Source: a virus. From it: 64,000 nt of DNA. Below the pieces are notes generated by a model. It worked only from the letters and a program-made list of their open reading frames with translations, was not told the origin of the DNA and searched no databases. Each line of letters begins with the position of its first letter. The stretch's first letter is position 1. The stretch covers positions 1 to 64,000 of IMG/VR virus record IMGVR_UViG_3300048011_000525. One strand, given 5' to 3'. Shown one piece after another: positions 46,042 through 56,697 of this stretch. Both the position numbers and the translations under genes were made by a program.

Positions 46042-47619
46042 TCATATGTTACTGCTAATGAAGATTGGCATTGGTGGTTCGTAATCTTCGTCATGTTCTG
46101 CTTGATTAAATGTATTATATACTCTCGGATCCCAGTCTTTGAGTACAGCCATCATTCTAATAGCTAATAAAGTTGCACTAATTAAATCATCAGTCATACC
46201 CGATTTAGCATTAAAACTTGAACCTGTTGCTACAAAACCTTTTAACTCGCCTATTAAAGGTTTTGAATGTACAGTCATTTTGTCGCCTTCTACCATTGTT
46301 TTTAAACGACTACATGCTGTAATCTTTGTACTGTGTGTAGTATTAAAGCCTTTGCGGAACTTCCTAACGTGACCTTTTCTCATCGGTTCACTAACGAACA
46401 AACCCGGTATGTTCTCTTCCCCAAAATCGTTTATAACGATCAGCGCCGCTTCTCCTATGCCATTGTTTTCCACACTCCAGTACACATTGTTAGCACCCGA
46501 TGCATCTGCAAGATATTTACATATATCAGATAGGATTCTAATTTGTCCTGGTATAGCAGTTTGATTGTGTTGCCATTCTGCTACCTGTTCATAGCTTGGT
46601 AGCTCAAACACTTGTATAGCTGCATTGTCGCCGCCTGTTCCCATGCTAGGGTCAAGTGCTACTGCATACGTAAACTGGCTTGTAGGCTTCTTATACCAGC
46701 GTGTTTGCCCCATATTAAGTACAGGATTTCCACCTTCCATAGCTGCTAATTTAATTGAGTTAATAAGAGTTTCGTCGAATACTAGGAATTCACAACCGTA
46801 TTCACGACGGAATTTTTCTTCACCAATACGACCAATTTCATCTTCTTTCCATTTGTCGTCACGATCTGGATGTTCATTCCAGTTAGCCATAAATGATCGA
46901 AAGCCATTAACTCCTGTTTCAGTTTCATTGCCATGTGCATCAAACTTTTGCTCTGCTTGTTTCCAAATAGTAGCAAATGTATCTTCATCCGAGTTAGGTG
47001 TGCTGGTAATAATAGCACGACCACCTGTTGCTAGTGTAGGAGATATTGATGTCCAAAACTCTTCCGCAATGTTAGGTTGCACAAATGCAAACTCGTCACA
47101 GTATAGTAATGATATACTCATACCACGTCCTGTATTACCTGTGGTAGTTTGCGCTACAATACGACTTCCGTTTTCAAACTCAATTGATTGTTTGTTGTAA
47201 CTAGTAACACCAGCTCTAATATGATCCGGACAAGTTTCGTACACATAACGTATACGTGACATAATCTCTTGTGCGCCTGTATACTTGTGAGCTGCAACAA
47301 GTATAGTTTGATCTGGATTATACATTGCATACCAAGCAAGATAGATACTAGCACAAGTAGTTTTACCTGTCTGCCTAGGCATCATATTAATATTAAATCG
47401 ATAGTTATGGTAAGTGTCCATTAGACCTAACTGATAGTCATAAGGATCAAACAACAACTTCCCTTTTACAGGATGCTGAATGTATGCAAAATGTTTTGCA
47501 AAATACAAATAGCCATCTTTAGGATCCATGCATTTAGCAATGTCCTCTATTTGAGCATTTGTAAATGTTTCTTGTTTGTTCGCCTTTTTAATTAGGACGC
47601 CGTCTAATGATGCTGCCAT
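46042..47619 (-). CDS. gp17: Terminase large subunit (T4 gp17 type)
   Basis: PRQTGKT, LYCDEFAF, ITSTPN, DPS.G.GGD, DDL. Confidence 0.95.
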   Translation of the reverse strand: MAASLDGVLIKKANKQETFTNAQIEDIAKCMDPKDGYLYFAKHFAYIQHPVKGKLLFDPYDYQLGLMDTYHNYRFNINMMPRQTGKTTCASIYLAWYAMYNPDQTILVAAHKYTGAQEIMSRIRYVYETCPDHIRAGVTSYNKQSIEFENGSRIVAQTTTGNTGRGMSISLLYCDEFAFVQPNIAEEFWTSISPTLATGGRAIITSTPNSDEDTFATIWKQAEQKFDAHGNETETGVNGFRSFMANWNEHPDRDDKWKEDEIGRIGEEKFRREYGCEFLVFDETLINSIKLAAMEGGNPVLNMGQTRWYKKPTSQFTYAVALDPSMGTGGDNAAIQVFELPSYEQVAEWQHNQTAIPGQIRILSDICKYLADASGANNVYWSVENNGIGEAALIVINDFGEENIPGLFVSEPMRKGHVRKFRKGFNTTHSTKITACSRLKTMVEGDKMTVHSKPLIGELKGFVATGSSFNAKSGMTDDLISATLLAIRMMAVLKDWDPRVYNTFNQAEHDEDYEPPMPIFISSNI

Positions 47620-47632
47620 ACAAGTATTTAAC

Positions 47633-47660
47633 CAAAAAAATAGGCACCGGAGTGCCTATT
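47633..47660 (-). terminator. Intrinsic terminator
   Basis: AATAGGCAC-TCCG-GTGCCTATT followed by a T run on the - strand. Confidence 0.75.
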
Positions 47661-47682
47661 GAGTTAAGTGTTACGATAGTTA

Positions 47683-48393
47683 TTAACTACAGCCGCAACT
47701 GCCGCAAGCCATTAACTTTTGTTTTGCTTCGCCACATTCTGGACATGCTTCCATATCTGCGCCGTCTTCGTGATCGTGATCGCCTTCTGGATCACCTTCT
47801 TTAAAGTTTGCATAATCATCTTGTAATGCTTTAAGAATTATTTGCTCTAATGTTTCTTCTTCATCTTCAACAGCCATTGGATTGTCGCCGTCTTGTGTAG
47901 CAGCGTATGCTTTTTTAGACTTATGCAAATCATCACCGGAATCAATTACGTCATCAATTGAACTATACTGTTCGTCTGGCTCGTTATCGTATTCTGATAC
48001 TGCTTCGTCATCCATCTCAATTGAGTCATTACAGCTACTTGCACCAATATGCTTTTTGCCGCATTTTGGACAAGGTTCGTCTTGTATGCCTGGTTTTAGG
48101 TCGTCCATGTCTTTTGGTCCGTCTACAATATCACGTAGTCTTTCCATGTCTTGGCGCGGTGGCATCATATCTGCACCAACTTCGCCTGCATCTTTTAATC
48201 CTGCATTTTTCATCATGTCAATTAAGTCTGCAACATGATCTTTACCACGTGCATTTAATGACACATTCATTGAAACTGGATCGCCTTTGTCTTCTGCTGG
48301 TTGTGGCGGCATAGGTGGTACCATTGGCATGCCTTCTTCTACGCCACATTCTTCAATATTATCCATTGATTCTAGTAGTTTTTTCATATTCAT
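47683..48393 (-). CDS. Acidic low-complexity virion protein with Cys knuckles
   Basis: Start MNMKKLLES after GGAGG; CPKC, CPEC, CGSCGC. Confidence 0.7.
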   Translation of the reverse strand: MNMKKLLESMDNIEECGVEEGMPMVPPMPPQPAEDKGDPVSMNVSLNARGKDHVADLIDMMKNAGLKDAGEVGADMMPPRQDMERLRDIVDGPKDMDDLKPGIQDEPCPKCGKKHIGASSCNDSIEMDDEAVSEYDNEPDEQYSSIDDVIDSGDDLHKSKKAYAATQDGDNPMAVEDEEETLEQIILKALQDDYANFKEGDPEGDHDHEDGADMEACPECGEAKQKLMACGSCGCS

Positions 48394-48394
48394 T

Positions 48395-48907
48395 TTAGTT
48401 AGCCTCCGGTGCCGCTGCACTTGGATCGTGCTCACGTTCTTTGCGAGCCACTTCTAGCTCTTTTAACAAATCCATAACACGGTTTCCGCCTACACTTTCT
48501 TGTGCGCTTTCGCCGCCCATGTCTTCTTGTGTTAATTTAGTTTGGTAAGTAGTATCTTCTGGCATTGCTTGATACTTCTCTTGCATTTCATCTGGATTAC
48601 GTACAATAATGTGTGCTTGATCAATATTACAACATTGTCCAATGTATTCTTGCAACACTTGCTGTGTTGAGGGATAATTAAGTTCAACTTCGTAATATGT
48701 AACTTCCATGTTTTCTAATTGTGGAAAATCTAATGGACGTTCTTGTATTGGAGTCTTTTTACCTTTAGACATTGAAGCAACACTGTACTTTTCTAAACAG
48801 CTTTTGATGCTATCTTCGCAGCCTTCGGGTAGTGCGCCAGCAATACCAACTTTAAAGTTATAAGTCTTTTTAGACTCATTTAGTAATTCTTGAAATCGTG
48901 TTTCCAT
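48395..48907 (-). CDS. Conserved hypothetical (probable head) protein
   Basis: FQELLNES N-terminus; PIQERPLDFP. Confidence 0.75.
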   Translation of the reverse strand: METRFQELLNESKKTYNFKVGIAGALPEGCEDSIKSCLEKYSVASMSKGKKTPIQERPLDFPQLENMEVTYYEVELNYPSTQQVLQEYIGQCCNIDQAHIIVRNPDEMQEKYQAMPEDTTYQTKLTQEDMGGESAQESVGGNRVMDLLKELEVARKEREHDPSAAAPEAN

Positions 48908-48927
48908 TGTACATATCCTATTATATG

Positions 48928-49428
48928 TTATTTATCTTTATCGAGTCCTTTGAGCTTCTCTAGTAGACTATTTCTATCTGTAACAACATACCCTTCGCCG
49001 CTGATCATACCGTCATCGCTAGGGCCGCTGTCCTTGTCCATCTTTTCTTTTTTAAGTTGTAGCTCAATCATCTTTAATTTTTTGTCTAGTTTAGCAGTTT
49101 TTGCGTCTAATGATGTTTTAAGCATGTTACCTGCAACTTCAAATACACGCCCACTGTAGCGACTTTCTACATTCATGCCTAAATCCATTAAATCGTCATA
49201 TGCTGTTAAAGCACGTTGTGCAATGTCTTCAAGTTCACTGTCTGCTCTATCGCCTAAACCCTTTACTCGAGGTAACGCACTTGCAATTTTGTCAAAGTCT
49301 TCTATATCACGAAAACTTTCTTCGTGAGCTAGTTCATGTTTAGCTTGAGCTTTTTCTTGCTCTTGTGCTTGTTTGATGATTTCTTTCGAATCATCCATAT
49401 TAAGCAAATCTTCTAATTTTTTAGTCAT
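48928..49428 (-). CDS. gp16: Putative terminase small subunit (gp16 type)
   Basis: DLMDLG...RVFEVA..MLK coiled coil; C-terminal VVTDRNSLL. Confidence 0.6.
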   Translation of the reverse strand: MTKKLEDLLNMDDSKEIIKQAQEQEKAQAKHELAHEESFRDIEDFDKIASALPRVKGLGDRADSELEDIAQRALTAYDDLMDLGMNVESRYSGRVFEVAGNMLKTSLDAKTAKLDKKLKMIELQLKKEKMDKDSGPSDDGMISGEGYVVTDRNSLLEKLKGLDKDK

Positions 49429-49457
49429 TGTTCCATACCATTAACTGCTACTATTAT

Positions 49458-50093
49458 TTAGTCAAATTCATAGTTGTATGTATTAATATCAGTTTTGTAT
49501 TTTTTATATACAATATCTTTTAGTTTAGGTGTATAATAATCTTGATATGATGTTCGATTAATTGTTTTATTTTTTATAGGGAGAGGAGTAAAACAATTAA
49601 TTTTTTCTTGTACAACTAAAAAATCGTTGTTTATATTTTCTAATTTTAAAACATAATCGCATTCGTGTGCCCAGTGATGTTGATTAAGTTTTTTAAATTC
49701 TGTTAAATAACCTTCAAACCCTATAGATTCTAAATGAAATGCTCGATGTTTTTGTAGCTCTAAATTATATTTAGATTTTCTTTTTTTTTCAAGTTCGAGA
49801 TTGTTTTTTAGTTTATCTACATAGATTTTTGCAAGTTCTAATTCAAAAGTATACCAACTAACGCACCAGTTCCACGGATTTCTTACTACACAAAATGTCC
49901 AACCTAATTCTTGTCGCGTTAAAGGTCCTAAACTATGATTGCCGTTTATAACTTGCTGTAATGTGGCGTGTTGTTTTCTTTTTGTAGTTTTTGTAGTTGC
50001 ATTTTCCTTTAACCAGTCAGTGATACTATTACCGCCAGTTTTTGGAATATGTATAAAAGTACAATTATAAGGTTCTGTTAATATTGTTGCCAT
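49458..50093 (-). CDS. Sulfotransferase family 2
   Basis: FIHIPKTGGNSI, VVRNP, D...YNY.F. Confidence 0.85.
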   Translation of the reverse strand: MATILTEPYNCTFIHIPKTGGNSITDWLKENATTKTTKRKQHATLQQVINGNHSLGPLTRQELGWTFCVVRNPWNWCVSWYTFELELAKIYVDKLKNNLELEKKRKSKYNLELQKHRAFHLESIGFEGYLTEFKKLNQHHWAHECDYVLKLENINNDFLVVQEKINCFTPLPIKNKTINRTSYQDYYTPKLKDIVYKKYKTDINTYNYEFD

Positions 50094-50530
50094 TATCTTC
50101 GTTTTCCGCTATGGAATATATCTTGTTCAGTTATAATTCTAAAAAATATACCCTTTTGTTTGCAATAAGCTCTGGCTGCTTCCCACTTGGCTTGATTAAC
50201 AATCCATGCTGCTTGATTGTGTCTACTACGACCTAATTTTTCTTTAACTGTTTGATTTTCAGGTTTAACTTCTATAAGTTCAACTCTTGATTTACCTTTT
50301 TTATCGGCATAAGCAATAAAAAAGTCGGGAACATAAATTGTATGCTTACCAGTTAATGGATTTTTATATGGAATTTTAATTGCTTCTGAAGCCCATTTTG
50401 CAACACTCGGGTGTTCGTCGCAAAATTTCATAAATGTAAACTCCCAACTGCTTCTATAAGTTGGAGTCTTTGTACCTATATATTTCTCTGGATTTTTGAG
50501 AGTAAATTTTCCCTGTGCAAATCTTCCCAT
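50093..50530 (-). CDS. gp4: Head completion nuclease (T4 gp4 type)
   Basis: NPEKY, YRSSWE, YVPDF, IEVKP, NQAKWEAA. Confidence 0.9.
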   Translation of the reverse strand: MGRFAQGKFTLKNPEKYIGTKTPTYRSSWEFTFMKFCDEHPSVAKWASEAIKIPYKNPLTGKHTIYVPDFFIAYADKKGKSRVELIEVKPENQTVKEKLGRSRHNQAAWIVNQAKWEAARAYCKQKGIFFRIITEQDIFHSGKRR

Positions 50531-50536
50531 AGCATA

Positions 50537-50902
50537 CTAGTAGATAATATTTCTTTTCTCAAGTCGTTCATACTTGGATTCAACTTTAAAACCTAGTGTA
50601 CTAGTTTTTTCTCTATTATAGTTTAGTACATTAGCAACAATGTCACTTAGTTGTGTTTTGTTTAGTCCTTGCAAACTATCTATAAGTTCAAATACTTTTA
50701 TATTATCAATCTTTGCTTGTTGTAATAAAACTGTTGCAACTGCAATAGCACTTGATTTTTCAAAATCTCTATTTTCAAAAAATCCAATAACTGCGTCAAC
50801 ATCACTTGCAGGGTAAGATATTTTTTCTGTTAAATATTGATTAAAAAATTCTTTAACTGCACCTGCACTATCATTTGATTGTTGTTTTGGTAAATTTGAC
50901 AT
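50537..50902 (-). CDS. Conserved hypothetical protein
   Basis: ORF coupled to the upstream tail gene. Confidence 0.7.
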   Translation of the reverse strand: MSNLPKQQSNDSAGAVKEFFNQYLTEKISYPASDVDAVIGFFENRDFEKSSAIAVATVLLQQAKIDNIKVFELIDSLQGLNKTQLSDIVANVLNYNREKTSTLGFKVESKYERLEKRNIIY

Positions 50903-52311
50903 TATGTATTTCCTAACGGATTTTTCTGACTAGGTATTGTTCTTAAATTGCCTTGTCCATTTTCGTTAAAGTTATTTACAACTTGATTAGCAATACCAAT
51001 AACTTTTTGGTTGCCGTTTTCTATAGCTTCATCAACATTTTGCAATAGTGTTGCTTGTTCTGTTGCATTTAAATCATCAAATGCGGTAAGACTGCTGCCA
51101 GCTTGTCCTGTAGATGTAGTCAGCACACCAATAGCAAGCGCCTTCTTAGCAACAGTTTCTTTTAGTTCGATATTGCCGTCTAAAGATGCTTGTAGTGCAA
51201 CTGGTGGATAGAATTTGTCTTCTTTTTGTAATGTTATTGCTGTTGCTTCAGTGGATTGTGTGCCATTGCCGCCCGACTTAGGGAAACTTGTATTTGATAG
51301 TCCGCTTACATTTGTACCAGTTGCTGTTCTAATAGTTTTTCCGGCAACTTGAAATGCTTCACTTCTTACACCTTCTTTGGTAAGTTTTTTAGCATTGTTT
51401 ACTGTACGTGCTGCTGTTAGCAACGTGCCTAAGTCTGCTTTGCCACTTGCTAAATCTCCTAGCACACTAGTTCCGCCTGCTAATACACCCGCACTACCAA
51501 ATAAACTTGCACTACTGCCTGCTGAGATAGGACTTGGTGTACTATCATAATGGTCTGTAGCAAATCCTTTGGGCGATGTTCCTTCTGCAATAGGTCCGTC
51601 TGCATAAAATACTGTTTCATATGCAACAGTCATACTACTTTGTACTGGCTCTGCACTTGCACTATTATCTAAAGTGTCATGTTGCCAGCTTTCTATCATA
51701 GGATTAACAAGTGTCATTGTTAGATATTGATGTCTTGCAAGTTGGCTTATTTGGATACTTGTAAAGAATGGTTCGTAACTATCGTTGTCAAAACCAAATC
51801 TATATCCGTTTTGTTCTCTTCCTTTATAGGAATTAAATCTATCGTATGCTCTATCTGTTTGATTAGGGGCGCCAGCGCCGTCTCTACTACCGTATGTTCC
51901 ATCTGCATAATAATAGTTATAATAAGCAGTCCATAGTTGAGTAACAATACTGTTGCTGTCATCATGAAATGTAATATTTACAGGGCTGTAATCAATTCTA
52001 GTTTGTAAATTTTTCTTACGATTGTATTTGTTTTTAGTTTCTAAACTAATATCAAACTTAGGCATTGTTACTGCTTTTACAAGCATATTAACTTCGTTAG
52101 TGTGTCTTTGTACCCATTGAGGTAATATCTTATTAACTACATTATCATTTAAGTTAAGAGTTACATGATATAGAAATTTTTGTTTTGGAGATAGGCGAAA
52201 CTCGTTATCAGTGAACAAACGAGCCGCATGAGCGTAGTCAGCCATATTGCCTTTAGGGCTTAATGCTCCATTTACTACGTTATCTAAGAAACCATTGAAT
52301 ATACTTGCCAT
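50902..52311 (-). CDS. Tail tube-like baseplate protein (gp48/gp54 class)
   Basis: VK.V.MPKF, Y.PVNITFHDD, TVAYE; adjacent to the tube gene. Confidence 0.65.
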   Translation of the reverse strand: MASIFNGFLDNVVNGALSPKGNMADYAHAARLFTDNEFRLSPKQKFLYHVTLNLNDNVVNKILPQWVQRHTNEVNMLVKAVTMPKFDISLETKNKYNRKKNLQTRIDYSPVNITFHDDSNSIVTQLWTAYYNYYYADGTYGSRDGAGAPNQTDRAYDRFNSYKGREQNGYRFGFDNDSYEPFFTSIQISQLARHQYLTMTLVNPMIESWQHDTLDNSASAEPVQSSMTVAYETVFYADGPIAEGTSPKGFATDHYDSTPSPISAGSSASLFGSAGVLAGGTSVLGDLASGKADLGTLLTAARTVNNAKKLTKEGVRSEAFQVAGKTIRTATGTNVSGLSNTSFPKSGGNGTQSTEATAITLQKEDKFYPPVALQASLDGNIELKETVAKKALAIGVLTTSTGQAGSSLTAFDDLNATEQATLLQNVDEAIENGNQKVIGIANQVVNNFNENGQGNLRTIPSQKNPLGNT

Positions 52312-52349
52312 ACTAATATTTATCCAATGTAATAAAGTACGTACATAAA

Positions 52350-52376
52350 GAAAAAGGGAGCATTGCTCCCCTTTTC
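52350..52376 (-). terminator. Terminator after the tail tube gene
   Basis: AAAAGGGAGC...GCTCCCCTTTT. Confidence 0.7.
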
Positions 52377-52402
52377 AGTCGACTGTTTGACTAGTTTAGT
52401 TT

Positions 52403-53041
52403 TTAACTTGTACCTGTTGTTGATGCAATAGCTGCTACGCTTCTGCCAATAGCAGTACCAACTCCGCCGCCTGATGCGCCTTGAGTTTGGATTGCATTAT
52501 CGTACTTAACTGTAAGTGCAACAGTTACTGGCTCGTTAGCAGAATATGCTAGTGAGTTGTAATTTGCACTTTCTAAGTAACAACCGTATAGTTCAAAAGT
52601 TTCTAATACTTCTGGTGCATAGTTACCGTTACCACCGTCTAGAATTTCAATTCTAGTTACAAACTTGTAATCAATACCTGATGCTGCACTTGACTGTTCC
52701 ATAAAGTCGAACTGTCTTTGTAGTTGTTCACCAACTAGTTTTTGTACTGCACCTGTTGCATCGTCACGTAAGTTTAATGTAATAGCTTCCCAGGTATGTT
52801 TACCTGCAAGATAAACTCTTGAGTTATATACGTCAACAGTCATTGTCTCGAAGCTTACGTTAGGTCTAGTAACATCAACCACCTGTTTTGTTAGTTCAGT
52901 AACTTCGCCTGCACTTACACCAAAGTTTTCCAAGCTCACTCTAAAGCGATATTGGAGTTTTGGCATAAGCAACCCTTGTGTAGAGTTGCTTGCATCCGAA
53001 GCTAATGGAACTGTGATTTTTGATAATGATGAAATAGCCAT
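52403..53041 (-). CDS. gp19: Tail tube protein (gp19 type)
   Basis: YRFRV, AGK.TW..I.L.LRDD, L.GC, YD; follows the sheath gene. Confidence 0.85.
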   Translation of the reverse strand: MAISSLSKITVPLASDASNSTQGLLMPKLQYRFRVSLENFGVSAGEVTELTKQVVDVTRPNVSFETMTVDVYNSRVYLAGKHTWEAITLNLRDDATGAVQKLVGEQLQRQFDFMEQSSAASGIDYKFVTRIEILDGGNGNYAPEVLETFELYGCYLESANYNSLAYSANEPVTVALTVKYDNAIQTQGASGGGVGTAIGRSVAAIASTTGTS

Positions 53042-53078
53042 TTAATTTGCTCCTAATTTGTTATATGTATTTATCAAT

Positions 53079-56000
53079 TTACAGTCCTGCTATCTCACCA
53101 GTGTTTTTCAAGCGTAGTGGAACGTAAATAAATTCAACTGCTTTCACTGGTTCAATTGCTATATCTAAATACAGCTCGTTTCTATCGATACGTGCCGGTG
53201 TGTTATTGCTTTCGTCACATACTACTAAGAAGTCGTATAGTGCTCTAGCGCCAACTAGCTCTAGACATAAACTCTCTGCTGCCTGTTTGATTTGATCACG
53301 TGTAATCTTATCGTTTGGCTCAAAGATGTAAGGTTTAGCAAGTTTGTTAAGTTGGCTACGTAAGTAGATAACCAAACGTGCTACGTTAATTCTATCTAAA
53401 GAACTAGCACCTCTTGCACGAGTCTTTTGACCGTAGTTAACAAGTCCTGCTCCGTTGATAAATGTAATCGGGTTAACGTTAACACTGTATAGCGTATCAC
53501 GCTGTCCTTCGTTTAGTGCAACACTTGTAAATTCGCCTTCGGCATTAATATAACCTGTTGCTGTTGCGTTAGTAACTCCACCGCGTCTTGTACCTGCTGG
53601 TGCAAACCATGGATAAGAAACTTGATCGCTTAGTGCAATAGTGCGTAGCATCATGTGACTTGGTGGAACAACTACGTTGTTACCTGCGTTATCACTTGTG
53701 AAGCCTGCTGGGTAGAAGATACCTAAGTATTCATCTCTACTAACTAAGCCGTCATCGTTATCTTCAACTGCTAGTGCAACGTTCTGACCCCACTCATTAA
53801 GTGAAGTAGCGTCTGACGCTAATCTAAATGGACTGTCGCCTACAATAAATGCACTTAGTCCTCTATCATAGTTTAGGCTTACCATTTCGCCAATTAGCTC
53901 TGGATAACCTGGTGTTGCCATTATGTTAAACACTCTTGATTCGTCATCTCTGATTTCATCGTTGCTGTTAACCATTGATTGTAGCTGCTGTACAACAACC
54001 TTACGCTGTGCATGACGTCCAAAACTACCTGATCCATCTTCTTGGTTAGCTGATTCAGTAACCCAACGGTCAGTTCCGTATCCACTCATGCTTACGTCAC
54101 CCATTCTGCCGTTATCAGCAGTTGTATCAATGTAGTTACGTACATATTTCTTAACGTTGAATCCGCTACGTCTCATGTTCCATAGCAACATACCTTGTGG
54201 ATATAGTGCTGGATCTGGAGCATCTGGATCTAAGAAGTCGCTTGCGGCTAATTCTGCAATAGTTGCTTCTGTGCCGCTTCCGTCTGTACTCCAACGTGCA
54301 TCTGCAAATAGTACACCGTCTTCTGTGGTTTGATCTGATTTATCAACTAAATCCCACTGTGTAGTGCCGCCGTTGTAACGATAAATTGTTGGATAATTTT
54401 CTAAGTCAGCTGTGCTTACCCAAATGTCTTGATCAGTTGGGCTGCTTGGCTCAGTTGCTGCTGTAGTAACACCTGCTAACGGATGTAGAGTGTTGTATCC
54501 TACCCATGTAGTACCATTGTGTACCATCATGTCAACTTCGTCAACAACTGAACTATACCATAGTGTACCGTCTGCTGTTGTTGAGGTCGGAGCATCTGCT
54601 GATGCTGTAAATGTATCTAGTACTGCCCAGTTACTAACACCGTTTGTTGGAGTTATACCAATAGCTGCTAATGCGCCATCAGTATCAGCCATTTCAATGT
54701 CGCCGCCCAACTTGTGTGAAATAGTAACTTTATCGTTTGCATCTACTGAAGCAACAATATTAGTAAATCCTGAACTATTAATGGCATCGGCCATGTCATC
54801 AGCATCTGATGCTGCGCCTGCTGCTGTAAATGTTATAGTTCTTGTGCTTACTGTAGCATTTCCTACAAGTGTTTCTGATAAATTAAAGCTAACTGAACCA
54901 GCACTAATTTGTGTTGCTACTGCATTTGATGTAACAGAACTTGCACCTGCTGCACTTCTTCTAAATACTTTAAATTCAGCTAGTGGGCTTGCTGCTTCTG
55001 TCCAGTTAGACTGTACATACAAGTCACCAATTGGTAAGTTAACTCCGCCGCCTGTTTTGTCTAATGCTACAAGTGCTGCTTCATTATCAGCATAAATTGG
55101 TGCGCTTACTAAGTCCCATAGTGCAGTATCAGCATTCCAAGTTTTAATTCTCCAACGTGCGCCGCCATTTGGTTCTGTTGTTTTAACCCATACACTACCT
55201 GTTGGGCGTGTGTCGGTTCCTGAAGATTTGTACTGCGGTACACTTGTATGAGGTGCAATAGCTAGTTTTGGAACTGCATAATTGCCAATTGTAATACCTA
55301 GTGTGCCTTCTAAATCGTTGTTTCCTGCTTTTACTTCAAGCGTTGTAGCAACAGTTCCGTCATTTAAAATAGCAAGTTGATCGTCAATATTTGCTAATGA
55401 AACGCCAGTACTTGTTAGTACACTATTACCGTTTGAAACAATATCAGCCAATGTAGTTGCTGCGCCGCCTGATGCTGCTGCTGTAATTGTGTAATCACTA
55501 CCAGAAACATTAATAATAAATGTATCTGTATCAAGTAGTCCACTTGTAACTGCTTCAGTTCCTAATACGCTCGGAGTAGAACCTACCCAGTCATCTGATC
55601 CAACTTTAACCCATGTACCTAAATAATTTTTCTTGTACACTGCATATGATGTAGTTTGTCCTGCAACAATAGCATAATCGCCAATTGCGCCTACTGATCC
55701 TTTTGGAGCTCCGCCGCTGAGTTTGTCAGCATCAGTAATAATCATTGGACTTTGTACAGAGAAACTTTGTCCGCCTGCTGTGGTTGCTGCTTCGCCATTC
55801 CACTCAAAAATGCCAAATGCTGTAGAAGCTGTGTCTACCCAATAAGCGCCATCTGCTGGATCGCCTGTTGGTGCATCTGCTGTTGCTTGTAGTGCGCCTA
55901 AGTCTACATCTGCTCTTACAATCCAAGCTCTATTACTTACACCTAATAGTGAGTAAGCTGCTTGTAGTCCGTATTCATTAAGTTCACCTGCATGAATTGG

Positions 56001-56246
56001 ATTGTTATTGTTATCAGTGTAAAAAATTGGATCGCCGAATGTTTCAGTTAGATCGCGCTGCGATGTAAGCAAGTAAGGTTTGCCTGCGTTTGCTGCGGTT
56101 GTACCCGGAGCAATACCTGTGCCAGCGCCATTTGTTTTGTTTTCGGCGGTGGCTACAAAAATCATTGGAACTGTACCTGGTTCAGCGGGTGTGTAAAAAC
56201 TTTCGTCTACTACGCTTACCTGTACGCCTGGTGATGTTAGTGCCAT
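53079..56246 (-). CDS. gp18: Tail sheath protein (gp18 type)
   Basis: SPGV.V..VDES, PWFAPAG.RRG, DRINVARL, CDESNNTP, PVKAVEFI. Confidence 0.95.
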   Translation of the reverse strand: MALTSPGVQVSVVDESFYTPAEPGTVPMIFVATAENKTNGAGTGIAPGTTAANAGKPYLLTSQRDLTETFGDPIFYTDNNNNPIHAGELNEYGLQAAYSLLGVSNRAWIVRADVDLGALQATADAPTGDPADGAYWVDTASTAFGIFEWNGEAATTAGGQSFSVQSPMIITDADKLSGGAPKGSVGAIGDYAIVAGQTTSYAVYKKNYLGTWVKVGSDDWVGSTPSVLGTEAVTSGLLDTDTFIINVSGSDYTITAAASGGAATTLADIVSNGNSVLTSTGVSLANIDDQLAILNDGTVATTLEVKAGNNDLEGTLGITIGNYAVPKLAIAPHTSVPQYKSSGTDTRPTGSVWVKTTEPNGGARWRIKTWNADTALWDLVSAPIYADNEAALVALDKTGGGVNLPIGDLYVQSNWTEAASPLAEFKVFRRSAAGASSVTSNAVATQISAGSVSFNLSETLVGNATVSTRTITFTAAGAASDADDMADAINSSGFTNIVASVDANDKVTISHKLGGDIEMADTDGALAAIGITPTNGVSNWAVLDTFTASADAPTSTTADGTLWYSSVVDEVDMMVHNGTTWVGYNTLHPLAGVTTAATEPSSPTDQDIWVSTADLENYPTIYRYNGGTTQWDLVDKSDQTTEDGVLFADARWSTDGSGTEATIAELAASDFLDPDAPDPALYPQGMLLWNMRRSGFNVKKYVRNYIDTTADNGRMGDVSMSGYGTDRWVTESANQEDGSGSFGRHAQRKVVVQQLQSMVNSNDEIRDDESRVFNIMATPGYPELIGEMVSLNYDRGLSAFIVGDSPFRLASDATSLNEWGQNVALAVEDNDDGLVSRDEYLGIFYPAGFTSDNAGNNVVVPPSHMMLRTIALSDQVSYPWFAPAGTRRGGVTNATATGYINAEGEFTSVALNEGQRDTLYSVNVNPITFINGAGLVNYGQKTRARGASSLDRINVARLVIYLRSQLNKLAKPYIFEPNDKITRDQIKQAAESLCLELVGARALYDFLVVCDESNNTPARIDRNELYLDIAIEPVKAVEFIYVPLRLKNTGEIAGL

Positions 56247-56361
56247 TATAAATCTCCTATAATAATGTTTGAGCGTTTGTTATAGTTATTTAGCAGAGTT
56301 TCAATAATTCACTGCTTATAACACCATAAAAAAGGTACCGAAAAGGTGAGCTAAATACAAT

Positions 56362-56697
56362 ATGAGACCATTATGCACATGCGGACAGCGTCCTGCTGCA
56401 ATAAACTACAAAAAAGGTAATAAAACCTATTATAGAAAGCTATGCGAACGTTGTTTACGTAACGGACTAGGACACGGCATTCCTAAGTGGAAACAACGAG
56501 GATATAAGAAAAAAGATGTTTGTGAAAAGTGTGGTTATAAGTCTAAACATCCTGAACAGTTTAATGTATTTCATATAGACGGGGATTTAAATAATTGCCG
56601 GCCAGGCAACTTAAAAACTATATGTGCTAACTGTCAGCGTATTCTTCAAAAAGATGGAGTTGTGTGGAAGCAGGGAGACTTAGTCCCTGATTTTTAA
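56362..56697 (+). CDS. HNH endonuclease-like zinc protein
   Basis: CEKCG, HIDGDLNN....NLKTICANC. Confidence 0.75.
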   Translation: MRPLCTCGQRPAAINYKKGNKTYYRKLCERCLRNGLGHGIPKWKQRGYKKKDVCEKCGYKSKHPEQFNVFHIDGDLNNCRPGNLKTICANCQRILQKDGVVWKQGDLVPDF

